Below, piece by piece: positions 1-12,590 of a stretch of 64,000 nt of DNA; the stretch's first letter is position 1, and each line of letters opens with the position of its first letter. Under the pieces are notes generated by a model. It did not search any database. It had not been told where the DNA came from and saw only the letters and a list, made by a program, of their open reading frames with translations. The position numbers and the translations under genes are program-made. The stretch is from the NCBI GenBank assembly GCA_951406725.2, contig OX597816.1:126666001-126730000 (forward strand), read 5' to 3'. Source of the stretch: Octopus vulgaris. Its lineage: Eukaryota.

Positions 1-819
1 GCATACATACATACAACTTATATCTTCATTAAACATAATTAATGCAAGTAACCACACAAAAATAAATAAGATAAAACAGCACTCCTGTGCAACCTACTCA
101 GTCTGCTAAAAATCAGTTTAAATTAGGTTTATAGTATCAATTTGAGACAGAATCATGTATATGACATTTTTCTGAGTATATAAATACCATTTACTATAAC
201 ATATTTGTACATTAAAATTATTTCCAACACAACCAAAGTGATTGAAGTTACAATTAATTCATCTATACTATAATAAAGGAAGCTGCTTATTAATTAGTGG
301 TGAGTGTGTAACTTGTGCAAAAGGAAAGCAGTTATTAAAGGATAGCCGCTCTAGAAAATTTTAATTTTAATACAGTTTTATCAAGATGTGGTTTTCAAAA
401 CTCTTTTATTATTGAAGATTTCAATTACATGCTTTTATTCTCTGTAATATACATTTTGTAATGGCTTACATTCATGTTGCTTTACTTCTGTTTCTTTGCA
501 ATGGTGTCCCTCTTTCTTTCTTCTCTCTCTCTCTCTGCTTTGCTGCCTCTATTCCTATTAGTCTTTCTATTTCTCTCTCTATAACTTTTACCCTCTCACT
601 CTTATCCTCATCCTTTTCACTCAACATCTTTCCCCCTTCAATCTTTGACTCTTCTCTATTTTGCGCACAAACTTGTGTTGTATTCCTTCTCCTATGATTC
701 CATTTAATACTTTTCATTTACTCCTGCATACTTTTTTACTTTCACTTACTTTCCTTGCAGTGTTATCTCTCTCTCTCTCCTATGTTTATTCAATTGTTTA
801 TTTTTTTAAAGAAATGATA

Positions 820-1400
820 GAAGTTTTGTATCTTTAGTCGAGTTCCAGATTATCTTTGCAATTTCGGCTGGTTATACTTAAGATTGCTCCAATCTGACCA
901 GCCCCAAAGAAAAACTAAGCTAAGAGCATTATCTTCCTTGGAAGAAAGCAGCAAATGTATATGAAAACAAGGACAGAAAAAAAAAAACAGAGAAATGTTA
1001 CACAAATACAAATGCAATTAACAGGACATAACAACAGGTGACTTTCGATTAAGGACGAATTAAATTAAGCTGGTGTGTGTAGAAATAAAGCCTTACAGCA
1101 GGAAAATAAGACTTGATAGGCACAAGGAGAAATATAGATGTTGCATGAATGGTAGTTGAACCAAGAAAGATCAGGCTTGGCCGAACACCAGTCATGTGGG
1201 AAGACAAGAGAGAAAGGTAGAGGCAGAGGGATAGAAGAATTAAGGAGGGGTGAAAAAAAATGAAAGTGAAGTGAAAGAAGAGGAAAAGTGAGCATGAAGA
1301 GAAGGCCAGGGAATGTGAGGGAGGGGGAACGAAACAACGAAGAGTGGACTGAACAAAGTGTCAAAGGGCTGATAGAAAGAAGGAAAGAATAGAAAGAATA
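820..1400 (-). repeat. Unclassified interspersed repeat fragment
   Basis: Higher-GC, CpG-containing block between low-complexity CT/AG tracts, no coding signal; boundaries approximate; classification not possible by eye. Confidence 0.3.
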
Positions 1401-2187
1401 ACAGAGTTGTACAAAATTTAGATATATATGTGTATATACAGAGTGAGAGAGAGAGAGAGAGAGGCAGAGAAGTGTATCACAATAGTTTCATACAAGCAAA
1501 TATGAAATGCACTAACAGAAACATTGCCCAGTGGGTGTCATTTCTGTTACGTAGCTCCTGTAAAGGAATTTTCTAAGGATGTACTTAAAGTTTCATATGT
1601 TAAAAAGTTATCTTCAAATATCAAATTAAAAGGAATGATTCTGCGAGGAAAATATTTAATCGATAAGGAATTTACAATTGAATTTCAGTAATGAATGGTA
1701 GAAAATTATCATCACTTTTGTTGAAGCCTGTCTAATGCCTATATTTTCTGTTTTCATTATCCTTATTTGCTTAATTCCACAAACCCCTGCACTAAACATA
1801 TTTGCTCTGGTTTTCCTTTTTATAACAGCATATCTCTTAAATTCACTCCCTGCCCCTGACAGGTGTAAACCTATCAAGATTCAAACTTAGTATCAGCATT
1901 ATTGACATCATCAATCTAAAATTGACCCTCCTTCTATAACTAAAGAACAGGAAAAACTGTTTCATTGGAGCCAAGTGGAGCTAAAAGTGTTGTAAATGAT
2001 AATAAAAAGAGTATAAAACTATATTCTGGATAAACAATATGTTCTGTGTTAATTTTGATAGTCAGTGTTTTGTCAATTATGAGTTGTTATCCTTTTTGTA
2101 TTCCAGTACTGTAAATCCTTGCGAAATAGCTGAGTTTTTGTAATTTTCAATTAATACTAAATCAATTACGAAAAGGTAGAAATTTAA

Positions 2188-2408
2188 CCATTTAGTATTG
2201 AGATTACTCAATCAAATGTAATGCTTATTTTTTCACATTATTTTGGATTAATCATGCATTATCTTGTAGCTTTGAAATTTCAATGATGTGATTGTTTGTT
2301 TTTAGAATGACATTGTAAGGTAGGTGTGAGAGGCCAGAACTGACTGATTTGAACATAAAATAGGTAGAATGTTTGGGCCTGATATGAGGCGGTTTAAATA
2401 CTAAAGGA
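2188..2408 (+). mobile_element. piggyBac-type MITE (~220 bp), degenerate copy
   Basis: TTAA at 2184-2187, starts CCATTTAG, ends CTAAAGGA; collinear with copies at 53782-54001 and 48175-48394. Confidence 0.75.
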
Positions 2409-3321
2409 TTTTAAATGTTTTCAAGATAACAGGTTTAAAAGTAATAGAGCTATCATACAAAATTAAACAACCACATTGTGTCTTACATGTTCTTGCAGAT
2501 TAGTAAGTGATATTATGCACAATAACAATTATATTGTACATTCTTTTTACAGACGAAGCTTAGATAATCTCATAATAAACATGCACTTAAAATATACATT
2601 TACATAAGTGCAACAGGCAATTTAATCAACTACTTTATAACAACTAGGTAATATAACCGTATTTCTCCTACTCTTAATATATTATCTATACTCCATCTCC
2701 ATTATTTTAACTCTAAAATGCAATACAACATAGAAAAATGATAATAGGTAACTACCTCATTCATTAAAATATATAATTGAAAGAAACTGAATATTTACTT
2801 CATGATATTTATAAGAATTGGCCACATTCAATGTTCAGAGCTCTCTTTCCTAAAGCAAGAAATGAATTTTTTTTTAGTTTGTATGTGCTATAAATATGCC
2901 ATAAACAAACTGTAAAGTTCCATTGAAAATTTAATGAAAACAATTGTTACTTTCAAAAATTTAATGCATACCATTATATGTGTCTTGAGCTAATTTCTGT
3001 GTACTCATTGTATTAATTTACATTCACATGATTAACTTTCCCTTTTATTAGTCTCTCTGGCTCTTCATTATAGTGCCAACCGTCTTTTCCAATCTTTAGT
3101 TATATTCATAATTGTTTCTGATAGGTTGTTTTTAGCATTAATTCCTTGAAGATAACATACATTATATATTAAGTAGTCTAAACAAACCATATTATTTCAG
3201 ATGATGCCTCTACTTCTTTGAAATTTAGAAATATTACTTATTCTTCATTTTATTGTTTTACTTTTCTGGTATAATTGCAGTTATTTTGATGGTGTATAAA
3301 ATTTCTTTTATGTTATACTAG

Positions 3322-5035
3322 TTACTTTTGATCATCTTCCTCTTTTCTCACTTTGTGCATCACTGCCTCTTTCATCTCTTTTACACTGCTCATGCAAAAT
3401 AGCTTGAAAATGTGCAACCCTAGACTAGCTCTTGCCTCTTGCATCGCTCCGACTATATTGGCATGCCTTAGCTTTCTGATCGCCTTGTTTACTGCTTCTT
3501 CCACTTTCCATCTCCTCCCAGTTCGTACCTTTGGAGGGTTTTCTCAGATGTTCTGATCTTTCAAATACCTTAGCATCATTACTGTCCTTGCCTTTCCTGC
3601 CTTATATTCTTCGGTGATTGATGTTATCAGTAGTTGCAGCATGGGTTTTCCATATAGTGCAGTTGTATTTAGTGGTTCTGGAAGACCAAGCCATTTTCTA
3701 ATAAACACACTGCATTTTTATTCCATCCTTTTTACTCTACTCGAGGCCATTTCATACATTTGTGATGGCCACATTAACCTTGGATACAGTCCAAATTGCA
3801 GTATCCAACATCTGAATTTCCCTGGTAATGTTTTTCGGTTAATTGCCTTTAGTCCTTGTTCCACTAAATCGTGTGTTTCTTTGCTTTGCTTCTTATCATT
3901 TAGTAAATATCTGTACCATCTGCCGAGATTCTTTACTGGTTGTTCTTTTACCGTTGGTATATCTTTATCTCCTATCCTGAATTTCACTTCTTTTTGGACC
4001 CCTTTCACAAAAGCCATGCTTCAGGAATTTTGGGCTTTGAATTTCATTCTTGCCCATCCAATTAGTTCATTCAACCACCCTAACATTCCATTTGCTGCTT
4101 CTCTACTTCCTAATAATACAATAACGTCATCCATAAAAGCTCTTAATGGTGTCTTTGTAACAGATTTCTCAGTTTGTTGATTTTAGTTGCATCTCCATGA
4201 CTAGCACAAATAAGATGACTGATATCGTGCATCCAGCTGCAATACCTACTTCAAGCTGTTGTCACTCTGTTGTAAACTTTCCTGTTGTAAATATCATCCT
4301 CAGTTTATTGTAGTAACACATGAACATTCGTTGAACATCTTCTGAAATCCAAAAGAAGTCCATAGCAGTTTGAATTAGTGCATGAGGAACAGATTGGCAA
4401 GATCTAGCCATACAATGTACAGGTTTTACTTCAGTTGTTTTGCACAGCTGATAGCCTCCCAGATGGCAAATGCATGAACTATGCACCCAGGGATTCCAGC
4501 CTTTTGGATTACAAAATTAACATGTTCATTATTCTGTACGAATCTTATGATTTGTCTGGCAATAATTCCAAACATGATTTTCCCTTTGGTATTTAATAGT
4601 GAAATGGGTCTCAATTGCCCTAGTGTTTTTGCCTCCTTCTTTTTAGGTAAATAGATATCTTCAGCTATACACCATCGCCCTGCTATGTCTTTCTTCTTCC
4701 ACATGTACCTTATCAGTGCAAACAGTTGTAAACACAATTTCAAGCAATACTTATACACCTTGTAGCTAACTCCGTCGTTCCCTGGTGAACTTTTTGTTCT
4801 TGCTTTTCTAATGAACTCATCCATATCTTTCTTTCTGATGTCACTCAAATCAAATGGTATCCTTGGTTCAGATGGTTTCTTCAGCCCATGCATTTCTGGG
4901 AATACTTTATTTCTATCAGCATCACTTTATGTCTCTTTAAGATAGTGTTCGAGCTCTTCATTAGTGCAATCCTATCTTTCACTCTTACTTTCAGTAGACA
5001 AACATTTACTAGTCTGGGCAAATTTGCTTATGTAA
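3322..5035 (-). mobile_element. Degraded HERO/NeSL-like (R2 group) non-LTR retrotransposon RT fragment
   Basis: Minus-strand ORF pieces KARTKSSPGNDGVSYKVYKYC, LRPISLLNTKGKIMF, IQKAGIPGC, EQPVKNLGRWY, LPGKFRCWILQFGLYPRLMWP, EEAVNKAIRKLRHANIVG in the expected order; stops and frameshifts. Confidence 0.8.
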
Positions 5036-5039
5036 GATC

Positions 5040-5582
5040 AGCAGTTGTCCTTGCATACCCACCCCTCCTCTCTACACCATGATGTTGTACAAGAAGAAGG
5101 CAAAAGCTGATACAGCTTGGCACTCATTCCTACAGCTGAGAGATCAAGAGCAATACTCTTTTACTCTTTTACTTGTTTCAGTCATGTGACTCTGTCATGT
5201 GACACCACCATTGGTTGTCAAGCAATGTTGGCGGGACAAACACAGACACACAAACATATACACACACATGCATACATATATATATATATATATATATATT
5301 CATAAATACGACGGAATTCTTTCAGTTTCCATCTACCAAATCCACTCACATGCTTTTGGTCAGCCCGAGACTATAGTAGAAGACACTTGTTCAAGGTGCC
5401 ACATAGTGGGACTGAACCCGGAACCATGTGGTTTGTAAGCAAGCTACTTAGCACACAGCCACTCCTACGCCTATGTGAAATAAAGTGTCTTGCTCAAGAA
5501 CACAACACACAGCCTCTTTCAGAGAATGAAACCCACTACCTCATGATTGTGAGCCTGACACTCTAACCACTAAGCCATGTAT
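5040..5582 (-). mobile_element. tRNA-derived SINE family B, interrupted by a family A SINE
   Basis: 5040-5153 and 5472-5582 match consecutive parts of the copies at 39575-39909 and 45535-45857. Confidence 0.7.
5154..5471 (-). mobile_element. tRNA-derived SINE family A (internally deleted), nested in a family B SINE
   Basis: Reverse complement of the 8480-8913 copy: same tRNA-like head, internal (TA)n, (GTAAAAGA)-type tail. Confidence 0.85.
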
Positions 5583-5849
5583 GTTGCCTATGATAGGAGA
5601 GTTTTCAATTCTGAATTGAAAATATTTTTTCTAATATGTCTTTAAGCAAAGAAAGATTAGTAGTGAAAATGATTGCTTTATAAATATATATGAGATTAAA
5701 ATGTACGATATAGTGCCTTTTGTTGGTTTGGTATTTCATACAAGACCAGTGAGTTGTGGACTAAATTTTTGAACCAGCATTTACTGTATTTTATTTGCTA
5801 CAATTATATGTATGTATGTATGTGTGTGTGCGTGTGTGTGGTTTTTGTA

Positions 5850-6545
5850 TGTTTTACTTTATGTACATATTCTCATGCATATAGTTGAATATCTAGACAT
5901 GCTCATATATACTTAAATGATAAACTTCTGGAAAGTTTTACAGATTTTTACAGTTCCAGTGATGGATTAGATCTGTAGTCTTTGAATTAGCTTTCTCCTG
6001 TCTGGTTTTCAGAAGCCTTATTTCTCAAGATCAGTATTTAGACAAGGTGTTATATATCCCAGGGCCCCAATAATTACAGGTGTAAACCTGAACTTGTAAC
6101 CTAGATAAAGTAACTGCAGATTTCTCAATAGTTCAGCATAGGTATTCTCTTTTTCACTGATCTTCAGCTTTATGTCAACATCTGCCGGACAGCTAATTTT
6201 CAAAACTGTACACAGTTTCTTTTTTCTATCCCAAATCATTATATCAGGTCTGTTGTGCTTACATTTTATTGAAGTTTTCACTGGGACATTCCACCAGTAC
6301 TCCTTTTTTTATTATGAGTGGATATGGCTTCTACCATACTGTGGGTTCTTATTTCTTTGTCCTTGGGGTTATCCTTCTGACGGATTTCATTATAGAGCAT
6401 CCTAGCTACAACATCATATCTCATTCATAGATAATATGATGACATTTTCAGGTAACTTCTTATGATGTGGGTGATATCTTCGTTGTTAACTCCACAAAGT
6501 CTGCATCAGCTGTCACATTTTACTACTTTTCCTGCATCTCTACCC
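5850..6545 (-). mobile_element. 5'-truncated R4/Dong-like non-LTR retrotransposon (zinc knuckle plus restriction-like endonuclease)
   Basis: Minus strand CRLCGVNNEDITHII (decayed CCHC) at ~6455-6505, then HNRPDIMIWDRKKKLCTVLKISCP...KENTYAEL...PVIIGALG (RLE domain, ORF 6018-6281); flanked by TATG/TG microsatellites. Confidence 0.8.
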
Positions 6546-8479
6546 CTTGTATGTATGTATGTGTATGTATGCATGCATGCATGTATGCACACATGCTTGC
6601 TTGTTTGCCTGCTTGCCTGCTTGCTTGCTTGTTTGCTATTGAACCATTGTTCTGCTTCATTAGTGATATATGGGATGTGAAGCAGCAAAATAAGATGTTA
6701 TAGATTTTCCTTCACTTTGTAAATAATTAGTTAGGGACATTGTAAGTAGAAAGTAGCGTACCTTTTTTTATAAAGTGTTATGTTTCCACATATGTTTCTA
6801 GAGAGGAAAATATCAAAATATTGTTGAGAATAGGAGCTAGTTTTGAAATGGATGATTTAAAGTAATGAAAGGAACACTGCTGTTCCAAGTTACATTGTTG
6901 GGCATGAATGATTAGGGAATAAATTTAGCTTGGCATATTTGTATATTGGCGAAGAAACTAATGACAACGAGAAGGCAAGTTTGAGAGAAATCCTGTGTGT
7001 GTGCATGCATGCATGTGCATGCTAAATGTGAAGCTAACATAGAATCTTTTAGGAAGAATTCTAGCATGAATATATCCTTGGGTTTATAACAGAAGTTAGA
7101 TTTATAAAGGCAATGCTTATAATAAAATCTCACTTGTCTGCTAAGAAGAGTTTTCTCATGGCAATTTTAGTTAACATCTAAAATAAAAACAAAAAAATAC
7201 TATCTAAAAATCAAAGAAACTAACATTAAAAAAAATTATTCCATTTCATCTGACTTCCCTTTCTGAGTACATTTTTTAGCATACAAATTAGATTTGCACC
7301 AAAATTGTTTGAACGACATTGGAATTATATCAAGAAATGTAATTAACATAAACTACAATAAATTACATAAATTCAGTCTATTATTTCTTATTTTATACCA
7401 ATATCCCAGTAGCAGAGAAAAAGATTATACACATTTTTACTATTTGGTGTATGTCCTATCATAAATATTACAAAAAAGAAAAGATTAAATGGTTAATAAT
7501 TCTATTCGCTAAAAGGATAATTAGCTGATTAATTTTTCATAATCAGCATTATCTTTCCATAGCTCATCAGAAATATTCTCCCAAGAGGGAAGAAAGAGTG
7601 GTAACAGTGATATTTCTATCTTCACCATGAACATTTGCTCCTATCCTTACACCCATTTCATTTACAGCCTACTTCATGCTCTGTGCTTTTCACTACACTA
7701 ATTAATGTTTAATATTAAAGTTTGATCATGTGTTCTACTGCATTTTAAAATTTATTATGTTAATATACAAATTTTGTTTTCTCAAAGTAGTAATGTCTAT
7801 AGTTGTTTATTGGGGATCTATCATTAGTCTTCTTTCTGAGATTTTTCACTTGCTAAAGATGGTGTAGTTCTCATTGCAGGATGAGAAGCTGCTAAAAAAA
7901 AGGATATGTAGAACACAAACATTTAAGGGTCAACATGACAAAAATCAGACATCTAGTACATAATAGATTGCACAAACTGTCAGTTTTATCATGGGACCAA
8001 TTTTGCATAAATTGTAAGAATGGTTTAGATAGAAATTAATACTGGATACAAAAGCCTACATTCAGATCTCATCAATCTGCAGTGTCCTGCAGTGAGGAAT
8101 TTTATGTTAAAAGCCCACTGTATGAAAGATATTAATGAATATGAGCCTGCTTTTGTATTGAAGCATGGTCAAGATAAATGATTTAAAACAATTAGGTTTA
8201 TTTGAACAGAATTCTTAGTTAAAGATTCTGATGATAGGTAAAATTGTATACTAACATAAAAATGTGTCTTAAATATAACTAAATCTTTTATTAAAAAACC
8301 ACAGTAATTTAGATTTTATTAGACTATTTTCATCGTATCCGTATTGTATTTTATCTAATTATTAAATTGTACTTATCATGTGGGAGTTGGCATAGTTTCA
8401 AGTAGATGAAGATGAATATAATCAATAAAGTGATTAAATTAAAAGGATGAAAGAAAAAATAATTCAAATGTATTAAATA

Positions 8480-8654
8480 GGCATAGGAGTGGCTGTGTGG
8501 TAAGTAGCTTGCTTACGAACCACATGGTTCTGGGTTCAGTCCCACTGCGTGGCACCTTGGGCAAGTGTCTTCAACTATAGCCTCAGGCCGACCAAAGCCT
8601 TGTGAGTGGATTTGGTAGATGGAAACTGAAAGAAGCCCGTCGTATATATGTATG

Positions 8655-8713
<59 letters not shown>

Positions 8714-8913
8714 TTGTGTTTGTCCTCCCAACATCGCTTGACAACTGATGCTGGTGTGTTTGTCCCCGTAACTTAGTGGTTCAGCAAAAGACACCAATAG
8801 AATACGTACTAGGCTTACAAAGAATAAGTCCTGGGGTCAATTTGCTGCACTAAAGGCGGTGCTCCAGCATGACCACAGTCAAATGACTGAAACAAGTAAA
8901 AGAGTAAAGAGTA
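8480..8913 (+). mobile_element. tRNA-derived SINE family A, full length
   Basis: A-box-like GTGGCTGTGTGG, B-box-like GGTTCAGTCCC, internal (TA)/(TG)n, 3' stem CAGTC-aaat-GACTG and GTAAAAGA tail; multiple copies in the window. Confidence 0.9.
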
Positions 8914-9814
8914 AATATACCAGATGTCCCAGAATTAAGGCAGCCATAGAATATTGGTATAATGTTACAAACTATCTTACATATGGGTTGCTTGGTGTAC
9001 TGTAAGTTTTGTAATCAAAATATCTTATATGTAACTTTCATAATCTAATAATCATAATGTTGTTTAGAGATAATTGTATCATTTTCTTTTTCTGTACATC
9101 TGCTGCAATAAGCAAAAATAGTCCTGTATATATGCTACTTCTTGTTTGTGAAGAAAATATACTAGATATTTATTGATTATGTATTTGATGATCAACTAGC
9201 ATAGCTGAAGAAATTTCCTAATTGAAATCTGTTCTTACTGTAATTATTTTATTATTTTATGCAAGTTGTTATACTGCTCTGTCAGTAATCTTTAATCAGT
9301 GGAGTTTTAGAAGTCAAGTGATTAAGAAAATGTAAAATGCTGAACAACACAGCCAAAGATTTATTTACATGCAGTTCTTATCCAGTCCTGTTTACCTGTG
9401 ATAGCCCCATGGGCTATTTATAAAACAAAAGAGAATAATGACAGGATCCTGATGAATACCTCTCCATGTACAAATCTAGTTGCTGAATTTACTGCCAATC
9501 ATAACCTTCACTCTTAGCAACCTTGTCGAAGCCTTATTCACTCTCACTAGTCTTAACAAAATGATAGGGCTTTGTCATCACTGTTTTGTAAATTTGTAAA
9601 TACAACATAGTCATTTTGTTATGTAACAAGAAATTATCATCCCTTTGTTTCACTAGAAATATAGAATTTATGGTTCAGCAACCACATGTAAACTGAAATT
9701 GTTTCTCTTCTAAGTAAACTTTATCCCATTCTAAATTTGCCAAAGTTCTTTCAACAAAGTTGAGCAAACTGGTGTATACTGTCCTAAGTGAAAAAATTTA
9801 AACCTTTTGAAAAG

Positions 9815-10200
9815 GATATGAACATGGCTGTGCAGTAAGAAATTTTCTTCCTAGCCACATGGTTCTGGGTTCAGTCTCACTATATAGCATCTTGGGCAAG
9901 TGTCTTCTAATATAGCCTCAGGCTGACCAAAGCCTTGTGAGTGGATCTGGTAGACAGAAACTGAAACAAGACTGTTGTATATGTATATATATTTATATAT
10001 ATCTATGTGTGTGTTTGTATCTGTGTTTGTCTCCCACCATCACTTGACAACCGATGTTAGTGTGTTTATACCCCTGTAACTTAGCTTTGGCAAAAGACAC
10101 CGATAGAATAAGTACTAGGCTTACAAAGAAAAAGTCTTGGGGTCAACTTTTTAAGGCAGTGCTCCAGCATGGCAGCAGTCTGATGATTGCAACGAGTAAC
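9815..10200 (+). mobile_element. tRNA-derived SINE family A, diverged copy
   Basis: Collinear with 8480-8913. Confidence 0.85.
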
Positions 10201-11984
10201 AAAGTATTACAATAAATGTTAATTGACACTATTAATCTATGGTTAAGAGATTATTTTTTTAAAATATCTAAGTAATGTGCAGTACATAATCTCATTAAAG
10301 CCATTTAAGAAAATTTGATTCTCCTTTATATTAAGGGTCTACATTGCAACACCATAATTCATTTGGCTGGCTTCAAGTAAACAGATCCCATTTACATAAC
10401 ATTATAAGTGAAACTAGGATTTGCATTTTTATTTTTCAATAAATTTAATGAGTTTAGTATAGAAATTTGTGTTTTATGGGGTGAAAATATATAGGAAAGC
10501 ATTAGAACCACAAAAATAAGGGGGTGAAATAAATGTTATACACAACAAGAACTAGAAATCCAGAGCTTTATATATTTGTGTGGCTTCTCATCTTATTCTG
10601 GGGCAACCATTTAGATTAATGAATTTGCCAAATCATTTTTGAATGATATCGACAGTTTTTTAGCCCATATTTTACCTATTAATATAATATTCTTGTGCTA
10701 TCAACTTCGTATATTAAACTGTAAACGCATTCACTCACATTTGCACTGAAGTATACACACATACAACAGTATTTTCTCTCTCTGTCTCTCTCTTTCTCAC
10801 ACACACACACTGGCTTAATTAGATCAAAACTTGAATGAGGAATATTAATTCATATAAATTGACATTATTTCTATGCCTGCATTTGAGAGAAACTCATGCC
10901 AACATAAATTGTAATGTGTGGATAGTAGATGTTTAAAGTTCAAGCAATATGTCTGGATAAAGTTTCATGTGTAAACTGAATATTCACTAACAGTAAAAAG
11001 AATACTGCACTTTTGTTGTTCATGTATTCACATATAATATCATTTACTTATCTGTAATGCATTTTCATGTAATACTTTCTTCCCCCAAAACCAGTGAGAT
11101 AATTTCAGAAATTTCCAATAAGTTCAATGGAATGTGTGTGTGTATTTTTACTAAATACAGTTGTTACTATTCAGAAAGTACTGTATCTGTTTTTGGTTTA
11201 GAAGGCTAAAGCTATTCAGAGTTAGTACATCCTAGATGGTTCAGTGGATCACATCTCACTCACATGTTTCCTTTTTGGTTGATTTTCCATGGCTGGATAC
11301 TCTTTCTATCACCAACTATTTTACAGAATGAAATGGGTACATTTTATCATGGTACTAACTCCAGTGAGGTTGTCTTATACTATGTAAGAATGAAAATTCC
11401 TCACTATTTCAATATATTTACATTCCCCCAAAGCATTGACCAAGAACATGAATGGTACGTAAAGAAGTTGGTGACAGAAGAGTCAGAATAGGTGGCTTGA
11501 AGGAGCAAGTGTATGCTGATAAGAAAGCAGTGTTGGATAGTTGTTAGAAGGGTGAGATTAAGTGCTGGAAGAGGATGTTGAGGACAAACAGATCCAGTTC
11601 AATTCTTCATACACAGGCCAGATAAAAGAATGATAAGGATGGATGCAGATAAGTATAATAACATCTCTTGATTTGGTGAACAGAAGAGAGAGAGAGAGAG
11701 AGAGAGAGTAAGCACCATAATGGTAGATAAGTTGGAAGAGGTTAAAGTCATTCTTAGTTACACAACAACAAACTTTACAACTGGCCTTAGTTACACTAGC
11801 AGTATAGTACATTGGATAAAAGAGAGAGTGGGAGAAAAAGAGATGAGTAATAGACAGAGAAGGATCATCAAAAAAGAAAGGATGTGGCAGATGTTGACTT
11901 AACTGGAACTGTTGGGCTTGAAACCTAAATATAGATGTTTCCCAGCCTCCATTTTTACTACCAGTTTTAGATACTTTTAACATT

Positions 11985-12590
11985 TGTGTTGCTATGCAGG
12001 TGGGTGGATATTCCTCAGAAATTTATATCATCAATCTGTTTGATTATTTGTCATCTACTTTGTGAGGTGCAGCATTCTAAGATTAGACTTCATTATTTCA
12101 TTCACTGCCTTACTGGATTTCATTCAACAAGTTCTATCAACTTTAAGCACTCTGCACTTCTTTATGCTATTGCTATCCCCCATATGTATCATACACCTGT
12201 ACCAGTACAGGCTTTCTTTCATATTCCACATATGATATCTCTTATAATCAGCTTTTCTCTCAGGTCATTTGTACTCCATTATTCATGTACACTAAAATTA
12301 CACATCTAGTGCAGCATGTTCACTTCATTTTTTCCAGTCTTCACAAATCTTTTGGATTCAGGGTTCACATCTCACTACCATGCAGTTGTACAATCTACTT
12401 TTCACTCTGTGAGAGAAACCCTTCATAATCACTCTGTGAGAGAAAACCTTCATAATCAGCAAAGCTAATGTCTCCTTGGACTTTTCCAACCTGATTTTGT
12501 CTTGGCTACTATACTTTCAGAACTAAGTACTGCTAATTAGATCATCTAGATAGCAGAAGCTATCAAATACTTCTCTATCAATTACTTTTA
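11985..12590 (-). mobile_element. Degraded RTE LINE 3' ORF fragment
   Basis: Minus strand reads EVFDSFCYLDDLI...SESIVAKTKSGWKS, homologous to the C-terminal part of the RTE at 25520-25720. Confidence 0.6.

Noticed and set aside
8028-8180. 50-codon open frame on + strand
   Set aside because: Weak acceptor, no recognisable homology, length compatible with chance.
8868-8895. SINE A tail stem followed by GAAAC as a ribozyme half
   Set aside because: No CUGANGA upstream; better explained as a LINE-recognition stem-loop.
12403-12458. Short tandem duplications (also 48119-48172 and 49246-49292)
   Set aside because: Two-copy 27-28 bp slippage duplications with no further structure.
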